In this document: positions 34,541 to 44,271 of the stretch, piece by piece
Layout: each line of letters opens with the position of its first letter
Position numbering within the stretch: position 1 is the stretch's first letter
Assembly (NCBI GenBank): GCA_017881055.1
Contig: JADGRF010000225.1
Span: forward strand, 9,486-73,485
Source: Sandaracinaceae bacterium
GTDB lineage: Bacteria > Myxococcota_A > Polyangia > Polyangiales > JAFGIB01
Direction: 5' to 3'
DNA length: 64,000 nucleotides
The notes under the pieces: generated by a model
What the model was told of the DNA's origin: nothing
Databases searched by the model: none
Seen by the model: only the letters and a program-made list of their open reading frames with translations
Made by a program: the position numbers and the translations under genes

Positions 34541-35467
34541 TCACGTCTCTGGAGTCGGCGGCGTGACCTTCAAGTAGCCGTCGTTGATCAGCGTGGCTAG
34601 CGCGTTGGCGATCGCGATGTCGTCCAGTGGGCAGTTGTTGAAGACTGCTTCGAGCTGGGTTTGATGCAGCGCGACTTGCAGCACGTCGAGCTGCTCGGGC
34701 GAGAGATCGCGCAGCTTCGCGAGCAACGGTCGCGTCAGCGAGATGCGCGAGAGCATGGTCGGCAGCTCGACGCGATTGACCTCGTCGAAGATGCGCAGGC
34801 CTTCCATCAGCGCGCCTTCAGCCGACATCTGGATGCGGTTTGGCAGCTGACCTTCTTCGGCGGGCTCCATGTAGAACGTGCCGTGGCGCCACGTGATGAT
34901 GCGGTACGCGCTCTTCTCGGGCGCCAGCACCTCGGAGTCGTTGATCGTCGCGAGGATGATCATGCCGCGCTCGAGGTAGATCTTGCCGATGTCGGTCTCG
35001 GTCTTGACCACGAGCACGCCGGTCTTGCGCGACGAGCCGAACAGCTGGAGTAGATCGGGCAGCGGCACTTCGTCGATCGCGCCCGACATGCTGCGCACTT
35101 GATTGGTGCGCCTACCCGCGGCGACTTCTTGCAGCTGCTTTCTTCCGACGGGCGGTGAAACCGTCGCGGCGTCGCTCGTGACGAGCTTGATGATGCTCGT
35201 GCCGATCAACACGCGGTCACCGTCGTTCAGCGTGGCGCGCTTGATGCGCTCACCGTTCACGAACGTGCCGTTCGTCGAACCGAGATCTTGAATCGTGACC
35301 TGATCCGCGCTCACGACGATCTTCGCGTGCCGACGCGACACCATGTCTTCGACGAGCACCATGTCGAGCTCGCTGGCGCGACCGACGATGACCTCGGAGT
35401 TCGGCGGCAAAGCGAACTCGCCCCCTTGGTACTTCCCCGAGATGAAACGCATGGCGTAATGCTTCAT
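34541..35467 (-). CDS. FHA domain plus DUF4388 (PatA-N-like) protein
   Basis: 308 aa. N-terminal FHA (VIVGRASELDMVLVEDMVSRRHAKI, GSTNGTFVNG). Central PLPDLLQLFGSSRKTGVLVV motif typical of DUF4388. Confidence 0.8.
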   Translation of the reverse strand: MKHYAMRFISGKYQGGEFALPPNSEVIVGRASELDMVLVEDMVSRRHAKIVVSADQVTIQDLGSTNGTFVNGERIKRATLNDGDRVLIGTSIIKLVTSDAATVSPPVGRKQLQEVAAGRRTNQVRSMSGAIDEVPLPDLLQLFGSSRKTGVLVVKTETDIGKIYLERGMIILATINDSEVLAPEKSAYRIITWRHGTFYMEPAEEGQLPNRIQMSAEGALMEGLRIFDEVNRVELPTMLSRISLTRPLLAKLRDLSPEQLDVLQVALHQTQLEAVFNNCPLDDIAIANALATLINDGYLKVTPPTPET

Positions 35468-35640
35468 GGGCGACGGATGCGTGGCATGACCCCGAAATAC
35501 GGTCGGGACCGGACCGAGCGGGTTCCGGCTAGTCGAATTAAGTTAAGAGTTCCGAGGGGTCTAGGTCAAGGCTTGCGCCTCTGTGTAGCTCGTCGAACTG
35601 ACGACGGTCGGCTGTAGTAGGGTCTCGCCCGAGGGTTGCT

Positions 35641-38562
35641 TTGAGCTTGGGGTCGCCTTGGTCCATGCATCTGGGGTCACGGTTTTGGGCGATCGTCGCT
35701 CTTTCGTGGGGGCTTTCGGCTACGCACGCGTGTCACGTCGCAGGTCAAGCGCCGGATCCGCGCTTGGTCTGGCACACGCTCTACACCGAACACTTCAGCA
35801 TCACGTACCACGACCCGCTCGCGCCGATCGCACAACATCTCGCCGTTTCTGCTGAACGCGCGAACACCCGAGTCTCACGAGCACTCGGCTATCGCGCCTC
35901 GGAGCGCACGCTGCTGCTGCTCACCGACGACACGGACGACGCCAACGGCGTCGCGAACGTGCTGCCGCGCAACGAGATCCATCTCTACGCCACCGCGCCG
36001 GACGACCTTTCCGAGATCGGCGACTACGACGACTGGATCGCCACACTTGTCACACACGAGCACACACACATTCTGCATCTCGATCAGATCGGCGGGGTCG
36101 CTGCGATCCTGAATGTGCTCTTGGGCAAGAGCGTGGCGCCGAACACCGTCCAACCGCGCTGGTTCATCGAGGGCATCGCGACGTACGAAGAGTCGGCGCA
36201 GACGTCCGGCGGCCGCGGACGCTCGTCGCTGTTCGACATGATGCTGCGCATGGACGTGCTGGAGGATCGCTGGCTGTCGATCGACGACATCAGCAACGAT
36301 CCGGTGCGCTGGCCGCATGGCGACATTCGCTACCTGTACGGCTCGCGGTTTCTCACGTTCATCGCCGAGCGCTACGGACCGCAGGCCCTCGCGCGCATCG
36401 GTCACGACTACGGGCGTCAAACCTTTCCGTACGGCCTCAATCGCGTGGCGAAGCACGCGACGGGCTTCACCTTCATCGAGCTGTACGAGCAGTTCCACGA
36501 GGCGATGCGCGAGCGCTACGGCGCGCTGCGTGATGCCGTAGTGCAACAAGGCCGCATCGAGGGGCGCGCGCTGACTGCGCACTCGGACATCGCACGGACG
36601 CCGCGCTACGCGAGCGACGGCAAGCTCGTCTTCTACCGCGATGACGGCCACACGTTCGGAGGCCTGTACACGCTGGACGGCACGCTGGTCACGCGCAGCT
36701 CGGGCCAAGCCGTGGCCGCGCCGCATCCTGATGGGCGCAGCGTGATCTACAGCCAGGTCGCGCCCTACCGTGACATCTACGGCTTTCACGACCTGTTTCG
36801 CTTCGACCAAGCGACGGGCGAGAGCGAGCGGCTCACGACCGGCATGCGCGCCAGTCAGCCGGATGTGTCGCCCGATGGTCGTTCCGTCGTGTTCGTCACA
36901 CAGAAGAACGGCAGCTCGCAGCTGGAGCTTGCCGAGCTTGCCAACATCGCCGGCACACGTCACGCGCTGCTCGGCGCAGCGCCGTACCAGCAAGCGTTCA
37001 CGCCGCGCTTTTCGCCGGACGGCGCGACGCTCGTGGCGAGTGTCTGGCGTACGGGCGGCTACCGCGACATCGTGCTCGTCGATCGGACGACCGGGGCGGT
37101 GCGCGAGCTGACGCACGATCGTGCGCAGGACACGGGGCCGACGTTCTCGCCCGACGGCTCCCGCGTGTACTTCAGCTCGGATCGCAGCGGCGTCTCGAAC
37201 ATCTACGCATTCGAGCTCGCGACCGGCAGCACGTCGCAGATCACGAACGTGATCGCCGGCGCGTACCAGCCCGTGATCTCGCCCGATGGCAAGACGCTCG
37301 TGTACGTCGGCTACGAGAGTCACGGCTACGGGTTGCACGAGCTGCCGCTCGGCGGCCTCACGCCGCGCGTTGCCGAGCCGTACCACGATACGCGACCGAG
37401 CGCGGACGCGGCGCCCGAGCCCGCAGCGCTGCCCGTGCACGACTACGAGCCACTGCAGACGATCCTGCCGCGCAACTATCAGCTGGAGCTGCGCAACGGG
37501 GCGCTCGGCTACGACCTCGGTATCCACATCGCCGGCAACGACATCGCGGGTTTCCACCACTACAAGCTGTTCGTCTCAGCGAACCTGGAGCGCGGCGATC
37601 CCAGCGTGTCGCTCAGCTACAGCTACGGGCGCTCGCTGCTCTATCCCTCGATCCGCGTGTTTCACGAGATCGCGGCGCGCTCCGATCTCGTGGTCGGAGG
37701 TAAGCCGCGTCGCTGGTTCGCGGAGAACGTGGGGGTGAGCGCAGGCGTGACCTATCGCTTCGCGTCGATCCTGCGTTCGCAGAGTATCGACTTCGACTAC
37801 TCGTTCGTGGATGTGCGGCGCGCGCGTCCGTTCGGCGGTGTGCTCGATCCGAACGATCCGCCGCCGCGCTTGCCGCGGCTCGGCTACTTGCCGAGCGCAG
37901 GTGTGGGCTACCGTTACTCGGATGTCGCAGGCGACGAGTACGGGATCAGTCCGTCGTCGGGACGCAACCTTGGTATGCGCGTGGACGCGAGCGATCCGAT
38001 CATGGGCCGCAGCATTCACAGCGCCACGCTGCGCTTGTCGGCAAAACAGTTTCTGCGCATGCCGTGGGGAAGCCAGCACGTGCTCGCGGCCAGCTATGGA
38101 GGCGGCTTCGCCGGCGGCGATCCGGGACGTATCGGCGTGTTCTCGATCGGCGGTTTCGCGCGGGGCACCGGGCTGCCATCGATCTACGACCTCGCGGTGT
38201 TCGGGTCGCTGCCGAGCCTGGGCGGCGAAGCGCTGCGCGGCTATCCCGAAGGGCACCGCAGCGGCACGCAGTACCACCTGCTGCAGGTCGAGTACCGCTT
38301 CCCCTTGTTCGATCCCGAGTGGGGCCCCTACACGCTGCCGTTCTACCTGCGGCGTGTGTTTGCCGATGTGTTCGCCGACGCAGGCGACGCCTTCTCCGAG
38401 CCGATCAAGCCCAAGGACGTTCTCGTGGGTGTCGGCGGCGAGCTCTTCACGAACTTCGAGATCAGCTACCGGATCACGTTCGATGTTCGCATCGGAGTCG
38501 CACGCGGTCTCGGCGAAGGCGGCCAGACGCAGTTCTACGCGCACTTGGGCTCGCCGTTCTGA
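35641..38562 (+). CDS. outer-membrane protein: HExxH peptidase-like region, TolB-like beta-propeller and C-terminal beta-barrel
   Basis: Signal peptide; THEHTHILH motif; five or more PD40-like repeats (SPDGRSVVFV, FSPDGATLV, FSPDGSRVYFSSDRSG, ISPDGKTLVYV); the barrel-like C-terminus ends in the OMP beta-signal ...YAHLGSPF. The start may be the ATG at 35665. Confidence 0.75.
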   Translation: MSLGSPWSMHLGSRFWAIVALSWGLSATHACHVAGQAPDPRLVWHTLYTEHFSITYHDPLAPIAQHLAVSAERANTRVSRALGYRASERTLLLLTDDTDDANGVANVLPRNEIHLYATAPDDLSEIGDYDDWIATLVTHEHTHILHLDQIGGVAAILNVLLGKSVAPNTVQPRWFIEGIATYEESAQTSGGRGRSSLFDMMLRMDVLEDRWLSIDDISNDPVRWPHGDIRYLYGSRFLTFIAERYGPQALARIGHDYGRQTFPYGLNRVAKHATGFTFIELYEQFHEAMRERYGALRDAVVQQGRIEGRALTAHSDIARTPRYASDGKLVFYRDDGHTFGGLYTLDGTLVTRSSGQAVAAPHPDGRSVIYSQVAPYRDIYGFHDLFRFDQATGESERLTTGMRASQPDVSPDGRSVVFVTQKNGSSQLELAELANIAGTRHALLGAAPYQQAFTPRFSPDGATLVASVWRTGGYRDIVLVDRTTGAVRELTHDRAQDTGPTFSPDGSRVYFSSDRSGVSNIYAFELATGSTSQITNVIAGAYQPVISPDGKTLVYVGYESHGYGLHELPLGGLTPRVAEPYHDTRPSADAAPEPAALPVHDYEPLQTILPRNYQLELRNGALGYDLGIHIAGNDIAGFHHYKLFVSANLERGDPSVSLSYSYGRSLLYPSIRVFHEIAARSDLVVGGKPRRWFAENVGVSAGVTYRFASILRSQSIDFDYSFVDVRRARPFGGVLDPNDPPPRLPRLGYLPSAGVGYRYSDVAGDEYGISPSSGRNLGMRVDASDPIMGRSIHSATLRLSAKQFLRMPWGSQHVLAASYGGGFAGGDPGRIGVFSIGGFARGTGLPSIYDLAVFGSLPSLGGEALRGYPEGHRSGTQYHLLQVEYRFPLFDPEWGPYTLPFYLRRVFADVFADAGDAFSEPIKPKDVLVGVGGELFTNFEISYRITFDVRIGVARGLGEGGQTQFYAHLGSPF

Positions 38563-38617
38563 CGGTGAGCGCAGCTGCACGCGGGCGAGCCCCGAGGAGC
38601 CATGATAGGAAGGACCC

Positions 38618-39697
38618 ATGTCAGCGCACGACAAGCACGACGGACCCGCGATCTTGTTTGGTGGGATTGGCTCGGAGCGTTTGGTGTCGACGGCGTCGAC
38701 CCAGCTCGTCGCGACGGTGCTACCGGAAGCCGAGCTGCTGTTCTGGGCAAAAACGGGCAGCATCCATCGCGTGTCGGCCGACGAGCTACGTGCGCACGCA
38801 CGTCCGTTCACGGACGAGCTCGTGACGGCGCAGCCAGCGCAAGCCGCCAGCATCGATGAGCTGCTGCAAACCTGGGACGTGCGGCGCGCGATCGTGCTCG
38901 GTTTGCACGGCGTCGACGGTGAGTCTGGCGAGCTGCAGCGAAAGCTCGAGGCGCGACGCATTCCGTACACGGGCTCGGGCGCGGATGCATCGCGCACGGC
39001 ATACGACAAAGCCGCGGCCAAGCAGGCCGTCGCCGCGCGAGGCGGCGCGGTGGCCGAAGCGCGCATGAGCACGGCGGGCGAGCTCGGCGAGCATCGTGAT
39101 TGGGTGCAGGGCACGCTGGCCTCGGGCCGCGATGTGTTCGCGAAGCCGCGCGCGGATGGCTCGAGCGTGGGCCTGTACCGTTTGCGTAGCACGCAGGACT
39201 TCGAGCGCATGCTGGAGCTGCTGCGCGGCGAACCGGAGCGCGGCTATCTGCTCGAAGCAGCTGTGCTCGGGCGCGAGCTGACCACCGGCGTCGTCGAGTG
39301 GAGCGACGGCGAACGCGCGCTGCCCAGCTCGGAAGTGCTGCTGTCAGGTGCAAGCACGTTCGGCTACGACGAAAAGTACGTGACCGCAGGCGCGACCGAG
39401 ATCACGCCGGCCGAGCTACCGCACGACGTGGCCGAGGCCGCGAAGACGCTCGCGCTCGACGCCCATCGCGCCGTCGGCTGTCGCGGCTACTCGCGCACCG
39501 ACTGCATCTGGGACGGGACGCGCATGGTCTTCCTCGAGATCAACACCCTACCCGGCCTCACGCCACGCTCGTTCATTACCCAGCAACTTCAAGTTGCGGG
39601 TTTCACGATGCGCGAGTTCTTGGAGCGTCAGCTGGCTATCGCGCACGCGCGACTAACAAACCGCGTGGGCCCAGCGCCGCGTCAGGGAATTCGTTAG
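38618..39697 (+). CDS. ddl: D-alanine--D-alanine ligase family ATP-grasp enzyme
   Basis: 359 aa. ILFGGIGSERLVSTAS N-terminus, IPYTGSG, and C-terminal GYSRTDCIW...FLEINTLPGLTPRS. Confidence 0.75.
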   Translation: MSAHDKHDGPAILFGGIGSERLVSTASTQLVATVLPEAELLFWAKTGSIHRVSADELRAHARPFTDELVTAQPAQAASIDELLQTWDVRRAIVLGLHGVDGESGELQRKLEARRIPYTGSGADASRTAYDKAAAKQAVAARGGAVAEARMSTAGELGEHRDWVQGTLASGRDVFAKPRADGSSVGLYRLRSTQDFERMLELLRGEPERGYLLEAAVLGRELTTGVVEWSDGERALPSSEVLLSGASTFGYDEKYVTAGATEITPAELPHDVAEAAKTLALDAHRAVGCRGYSRTDCIWDGTRMVFLEINTLPGLTPRSFITQQLQVAGFTMREFLERQLAIAHARLTNRVGPAPRQGIR

Positions 39698-39807
39698 GTG
39701 AGCCGGCGACCTGCCCACAGGGGAGAGCTTTGCACTCAAACATGTGTACCATGGGGGCCGAATAGGTACCCGCGGGCAAGCCACGGGCGTCCTTGGGGGG
39801 ACCATCA

Positions 39808-40561
39808 ATGCGAGACAGAATGCTCGACTCGCGGCATCGCCAGACTGACGAGAGGCATGTCGCCCGCGTGAGCGCGCTACTTCGATGGCCCGTATTTCGC
39901 AATCAATTTTGCGAGCGCAGGAAAGAACCCGCTCGCAGGACTGTTCCGCCGACAGTCATCGACGATTGGCGAACGGTGTCGTGACCTGCTCCTGAGTCAC
40001 CACGTTCAATCGGTGCTCGATCTCGGGTGCGGCACGGGCGACCTGCTCGTCGCGTTGGCTGAGCGCGGCGTCGTTCGTGGCACGGGTGTCGACGTCTCGG
40101 CTGCTGCGCTGACACGAGCTCGATCACGCCTGGCTTCATATCCGGCGTTCGATCTCGAGCAGGCACCTCTGCAAGCGTGCCGCGCGCTCGAGACACAGTA
40201 CGACGCGGTCGTCGTGCTAGGCGTGTTTGACTACTACCGTTTGGACGGCGCCACGTTCAATCGTTTGCTGGGCGCGGCCGGCCGTGTCCTGGTGTTGACC
40301 GTGCCCAGCGTTCGGGGCAGCGCGCGGCGCCGGCTGCGCCAGGTTTGGCTCGCCTTCAATGGCCTGCGCTTGCACGTCCTACGCGCGAACGAGCCCGCGC
40401 AGCTGGTGGCGGCTGCTGGGCCGGAATGGACGGTCTCAATTCGCCGAGTCGGGGCACCAGTTCGTGCAGCAAGGATTGACCGGAGGCTATGCGCTTTGGT
40501 CCGGCCCCGGCGATCCGGCAGCGGTGGCCGAGCAGATCACGTGGTCCGTCGCGCACCCTGA
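39808..40561 (+). pseudogene. class I SAM-dependent methyltransferase, frame broken near 39868-39876 and 3' end fused to foreign sequence
   Basis: MRDRMLDSRHRQTDERHVARVSA reads in one frame. The sensible continuation RYFDGPYFAINFA...VLDLGCGTGDLLVAL reads in the +1 frame after an in-frame TGA at 39869. There is no start codon in that frame before the GTG at 40013. Confidence 0.5.
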
Positions 40562-40688
40562 TGCACTGGCCGATATGGGACGCGCGGCGCGCGCCGCCGC
40601 CGAGGCGGAGCACGACGTTGCGAGCTCTCACGCCCAGTGGCACATCCTCGTGCGGTCCGTGCTGTGCGAAGAACCTCGATCCGACTGA
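40440..40688 (+). pseudogene. C-terminal remnant of a GT4-type glycosyltransferase
   Basis: Only the last roughly 75 aa of the fold are present (ESGHQFVQQGLTGGYALWSGPGDPAAVAEQI...DPDALADMGRAARAAAE). They are out of frame with, and overlapping, the methyltransferase ORF. Confidence 0.45.
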
Positions 40689-40700
40689 CTGGCGCTGCGC

Positions 40701-41264
40701 TCAGACCTCCAGCAAGTCTTTCTCCTTGCGCGCGATGATCGCGTCGACGTCGGCGTTCGCTTTCTGGATGACTTCTTCCAGCTTCTTCACCGCACGGTCG
40801 AGCTCGTCTTCGCTGATCTCGCCGTCGGTTTTCAGGCTGGTCAGCATGTCTTTCGCGTCGTGACGGGCTTTGCGAACGGCGACCTTGGTCTCCTCGCCGT
40901 GCTTCTTCACGAGCTTGGTGAGATCCTTGCGGCGCTCTTCGGTGAGCGGCGGCATCGGGATGCGCAGCAGCTCGCCATCGCTCTGCGGGTTGAGCCCGAG
41001 CGGCGACGTCACGATGGCGCGCTCGATGGCTTTGACCTGGGACTTGTCCCACGCCTTGACCGTGAGCATGCGCGCTTCCGGCACGCTGACCGTCGCGATC
41101 TGCGAGATCGGCATCATCGAGCCGTAGACATCGACACGGATCGAATCGAGCAGCGACGGATGCGCGCGGCCGGTACGAATCTTCCCGAGCTCGCGCTTGA
41201 GCGCCTCGTGGGCCTTCGCGATGTCTTTGTCCAGCTCCGCGATCGTGTCGGCGATCATGGTCAT
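40701..41264 (-). CDS. frr: ribosome recycling factor
   Basis: 187 aa, colinear with Frr (KIRTGRAHPSLLDSIRVDVYG, LRIPMPPLTEERRKDL). Confidence 0.95.
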   Translation of the reverse strand: MTMIADTIAELDKDIAKAHEALKRELGKIRTGRAHPSLLDSIRVDVYGSMMPISQIATVSVPEARMLTVKAWDKSQVKAIERAIVTSPLGLNPQSDGELLRIPMPPLTEERRKDLTKLVKKHGEETKVAVRKARHDAKDMLTSLKTDGEISEDELDRAVKKLEEVIQKANADVDAIIARKEKDLLEV

Positions 41265-41293
41265 GGGTTCCTCCGTGTCTGAAAATCGAATCT

Positions 41294-42043
41294 CTACTCG
41301 GCGTCGTTTACGAACACGTCGCCGACCGCGCCGCTGACGAGCGTGCCGATCGGCTCACCCATCACCACGCGCTTGATGTTGCCGCGCGTGCCGAGCGCGA
41401 ACACGCGGATCGGCAAGTTGTTGTCGCGGCAGAGCGTGACCGCCGTCTGATCCATGACGCCCATGCGCGCCTGGATGAAGTGGTCGTACGACAAGCGACG
41501 AAACATGTTCGCGTCTGGGAACTTCGCCGGGTCTTTGTCGAACACGCCCTCGACCTTGGTGGCCTTGCACAGCATGTCGGCGCCGATCTCCATCGCGCGC
41601 AGCGCGGCGGCGGTATCGGTGGAGAAGTACGGATTGCCGATGCCGGCGACGAAGATCGCCATGCGGCCCTTCTCCATGTGCCGCAGCGCGCGGCGACGGA
41701 TGTACGGCTCCGCGACGCTGCGCACCTCGAGCGCGGTCATGAGCCGCGTGGGGACGCCGTGCTTTTCCATGGCATCCTGCAATGCGATGCCGTTGATCAC
41801 GGTCGCGAGCATGCCCATGTAGTCGGCGCTCGCGCGGTCCATGCCGGCCGCGCTGCCCTTGAGGCCACGAAAGATGTTCCCGCCGCCGATCACGATGCCG
41901 ATCTGACAACCGCTGGCTTGGACTTCCGCGAGCTCGGCGCTGATGGTGTCTAGCGTCTTCGGCTCGATGCCATAGCCACCCGGCACGCCGCACAGCGCCT
42001 CACCCGATAGTTTCAGCAAGATTCGCTTGTGCTTAGCGCCCAT
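41294..42043 (-). CDS. pyrH: UMP kinase
   Basis: 249 aa ([38 protein letters not shown]). Confidence 0.95.
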   Translation of the reverse strand: MGAKHKRILLKLSGEALCGVPGGYGIEPKTLDTISAELAEVQASGCQIGIVIGGGNIFRGLKGSAAGMDRASADYMGMLATVINGIALQDAMEKHGVPTRLMTALEVRSVAEPYIRRRALRHMEKGRMAIFVAGIGNPYFSTDTAAALRAMEIGADMLCKATKVEGVFDKDPAKFPDANMFRRLSYDHFIQARMGVMDQTAVTLCRDNNLPIRVFALGTRGNIKRVVMGEPIGTLVSGAVGDVFVNDAE

Positions 42044-42123
42044 GGCCCACCTACCTCGGTCCGCAGCATAACCTCAAACCAACACCACTTGGGGCGCGAT
42101 CTGCGCCCCAGGTGACGCGGTTT

Positions 42124-42798
42124 TCAGGTGCCCGAGATGGCGGCAGCGACGTCGGCAGCGAGATCGGTGGCCTTCTTCTCGATGCCTTCACCGAGCTCGA
42201 AGCGTACGAAGCGACGCACGGCAACCTTTTCGCCGAGCTTCGCAGTCAGCTCATCGGCCATGGCCTGGATGGTCTTCTCGGTGTCGACGACCGAGATCTG
42301 CTCCACCAAGCAGACTTCCTGGAGCCACTTGTCAATCTTGCCCGCGAGGATCTTCTCGACCACTTCGGCCGGCTTCTTCTTGCCGGACTGCGCGGCCTCT
42401 TCGTCCATCTGCGCTTTGAAGATCTCGCGCTGCTTGTCGACCTGCGCCGCGGGAACTTCTTCGCGACGCACGAAGAGCGGACCCATCGACGCAATCTGCA
42501 GACCGACCGCTTCGAGGTACCCTTTGAAGTCATCGCTGCGCGCGACGAAGTCCGTCTGGCAGTTCACCTCGACGAGCACGCCGAGCCGCGAACCCGCGTG
42601 GATGTACGCGTGGATGGCGCCTTCCGCCGCAATCGCTCCAGCTTTCTTGGCCGCCTTCGCGAGCCCTTTCTTCTGGATGTATTCGATCGCCTTGTCCATG
42701 TCGGCGCTCGACTCTTGCAGCGCGACTTTGCAATCCATGATGCCCGCGCCGGTACGCTGACGCAGCTCTTTGACCAGTTCCATCGAGATGTCTGCCAT
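42124..42798 (-). CDS. tsf: translation elongation factor Ts (short form)
   Basis: 224 aa (VKELRQRTGAGIMDCKVAL, AAEGAIHAYIHAGSRLGVLVEVNCQTDFVAR). Confidence 0.92.
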   Translation of the reverse strand: MADISMELVKELRQRTGAGIMDCKVALQESSADMDKAIEYIQKKGLAKAAKKAGAIAAEGAIHAYIHAGSRLGVLVEVNCQTDFVARSDDFKGYLEAVGLQIASMGPLFVRREEVPAAQVDKQREIFKAQMDEEAAQSGKKKPAEVVEKILAGKIDKWLQEVCLVEQISVVDTEKTIQAMADELTAKLGEKVAVRRFVRFELGEGIEKKATDLAADVAAAISGT

Positions 42799-42847
42799 GA
42801 CTCAACCTCTTTCGAAGAAAAACTTTGGGGGCTCAGCTAGCGACTGA

Positions 42848-43744
42848 TCACTCAGTCGCTTCGCCGGCTTCGCGCGCGGGCGCGGCATCCGAGCGCTGCT
42901 GACGACCGCGAGCGAACTCGACGGCGGGACCGCCGCCCTGCTCGCCCCCACCGTGCGAACCCCGCGAGCCCGGCTGCGAGTAATCGCGACGACGGGTCTG
43001 ACCGGCGGCGCACGCGTTGGCGATCGCTGCGGTGACGAGCTTGATCGAACGGATCGCGTCGTCGTTGCCCGGGATGATGTACTGGATCAGATCCGGGTTG
43101 CAGTTGGTGTCGGTCAGCGCAACGACCGGGATCTTGAGCTTGTTGGCTTCGTCCACGGCGATGTGCTCGTGCTGCGGATCGATCACGAACATCGCGGCGG
43201 GAACGCCGTTCATGTCGCGGATGCCGCCGACGAACTTCTCGAGGCGCTCGCGCTCACGATGCAGGCCGAGTGCTTCCTTCTTGGAGAGCGCCGCCATGCT
43301 GCCGTCGTCTTCCATCTGCGTGAGCAGACGCAGACGCTCGATGCCGACCTTCATGGTGCGGAAGTTGGTGAGCGTGCCGCCCAGCCAACGACCCGTCACG
43401 TGGAACTGACCAGCGCGCACGGCTTCTTCGACGATCACGTCCTGCGCCTGACGCTTCGTACCGACGAACAGAACCTGGCCACCCTTGCTGACTGCCTGCG
43501 TCAGGAAGTTCAGCGCGCGCTTCAAGTAACGCGCGGTCTGGTCGAGGTCGACGATGTGGATGCCGTTGCGGGCGCCGTAGATGTACGGAGCCATGCGCGG
43601 GTTCCAGCGATTGGTCTGATGACCAAAGTGGACGCCGGCATCGATCAACTGGCGGATGGAGACATTGGCGCCATCCGTGGCTGCGAAGGCCTCAGCGGCG
43701 GCGGTTGCGGGAGCGGACTCTTGGTTTTCGACGGATTCGGTCAT
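42848..43744 (-). CDS. rpsB: 30S ribosomal protein S2 with Gly/Arg-rich C-terminal extension
   Basis: Start taken at MTESVENQ (ATG at 43744, GGAG upstream). Has GVHFGHQTNRWNPRM and the S2 core. The 488-aa ORF is an upstream open-frame artefact. Confidence 0.92.
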   Translation of the reverse strand: MTESVENQESAPATAAAEAFAATDGANVSIRQLIDAGVHFGHQTNRWNPRMAPYIYGARNGIHIVDLDQTARYLKRALNFLTQAVSKGGQVLFVGTKRQAQDVIVEEAVRAGQFHVTGRWLGGTLTNFRTMKVGIERLRLLTQMEDDGSMAALSKKEALGLHRERERLEKFVGGIRDMNGVPAAMFVIDPQHEHIAVDEANKLKIPVVALTDTNCNPDLIQYIIPGNDDAIRSIKLVTAAIANACAAGQTRRRDYSQPGSRGSHGGGEQGGGPAVEFARGRQQRSDAAPAREAGEATE

Positions 43745-44031
43745 GGGCTCAATTTTCTCCGGTTGTTCCTCCGTATCTCGCGGGTGGCAACCTGCAGGTT
43801 TGAAACCATCAGGCACCGGCCATCCGTTCGAGCCGAGATACGTGTGTAATTTCGGAGCTTGCACCCCGGCCCCTCGATCGAGAGGCGGCGGCTGTATATC
43901 ACGCGTCCGGCGGAGCTGCCACATGCTCGGTGGCTCGGGCATTTGCCTGTGAAATGATTGCGGTTTATGCACGGTGCGGGCAGAACTTTGGCCACGGCCG
44001 AGGCCCGTTCCCTGTGCTACGTTGCGCCGCG

Positions 44032-44271
44032 ATGAGTACGGCCCGCTGCCCCACCTGCAAAGCCACGCTGCTCCCTCTGGCGCTCGCAACCACCGCTCCT
44101 TTTTGTAGCCAACGTTGCAAGCTGGCCGACCTCGGCAGCTGGCTCGATGGACGCTACGCGATTGCCGACACGACCACCGGCCCCGAAGAGCTGGAGGCGC
44201 TGCTCGAGGCATCGCTGACCGAGCGCGCCGGACAACACGCGGGCAAGACCCGCGGGAGGTCTCGTTCATGA
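44032..44271 (+). CDS. yacG: DNA gyrase inhibitor YacG-like zinc finger protein
   Basis: 79 aa with the CPTCKA...PFCSQRCKLADLGSWL signature. The stop overlaps the hemE ATG (ATGA). Confidence 0.75.
   Translation: MSTARCPTCKATLLPLALATTAPFCSQRCKLADLGSWLDGRYAIADTTTGPEELEALLEASLTERAGQHAGKTRGRSRS

Noticed and set aside
34200-34577. 125-aa plus-strand ORF across the palindromic element
   Set aside because: It is composed of the inverted-repeat sequence itself. It is open only because the repeats lack stops, and it overlaps the FHA-DUF4388 3' end.
35875-37560. 561-aa minus-strand ORF
   Set aside because: It is the antisense shadow of the large outer-membrane protein gene, with Arg/Val/Ala-rich composition.
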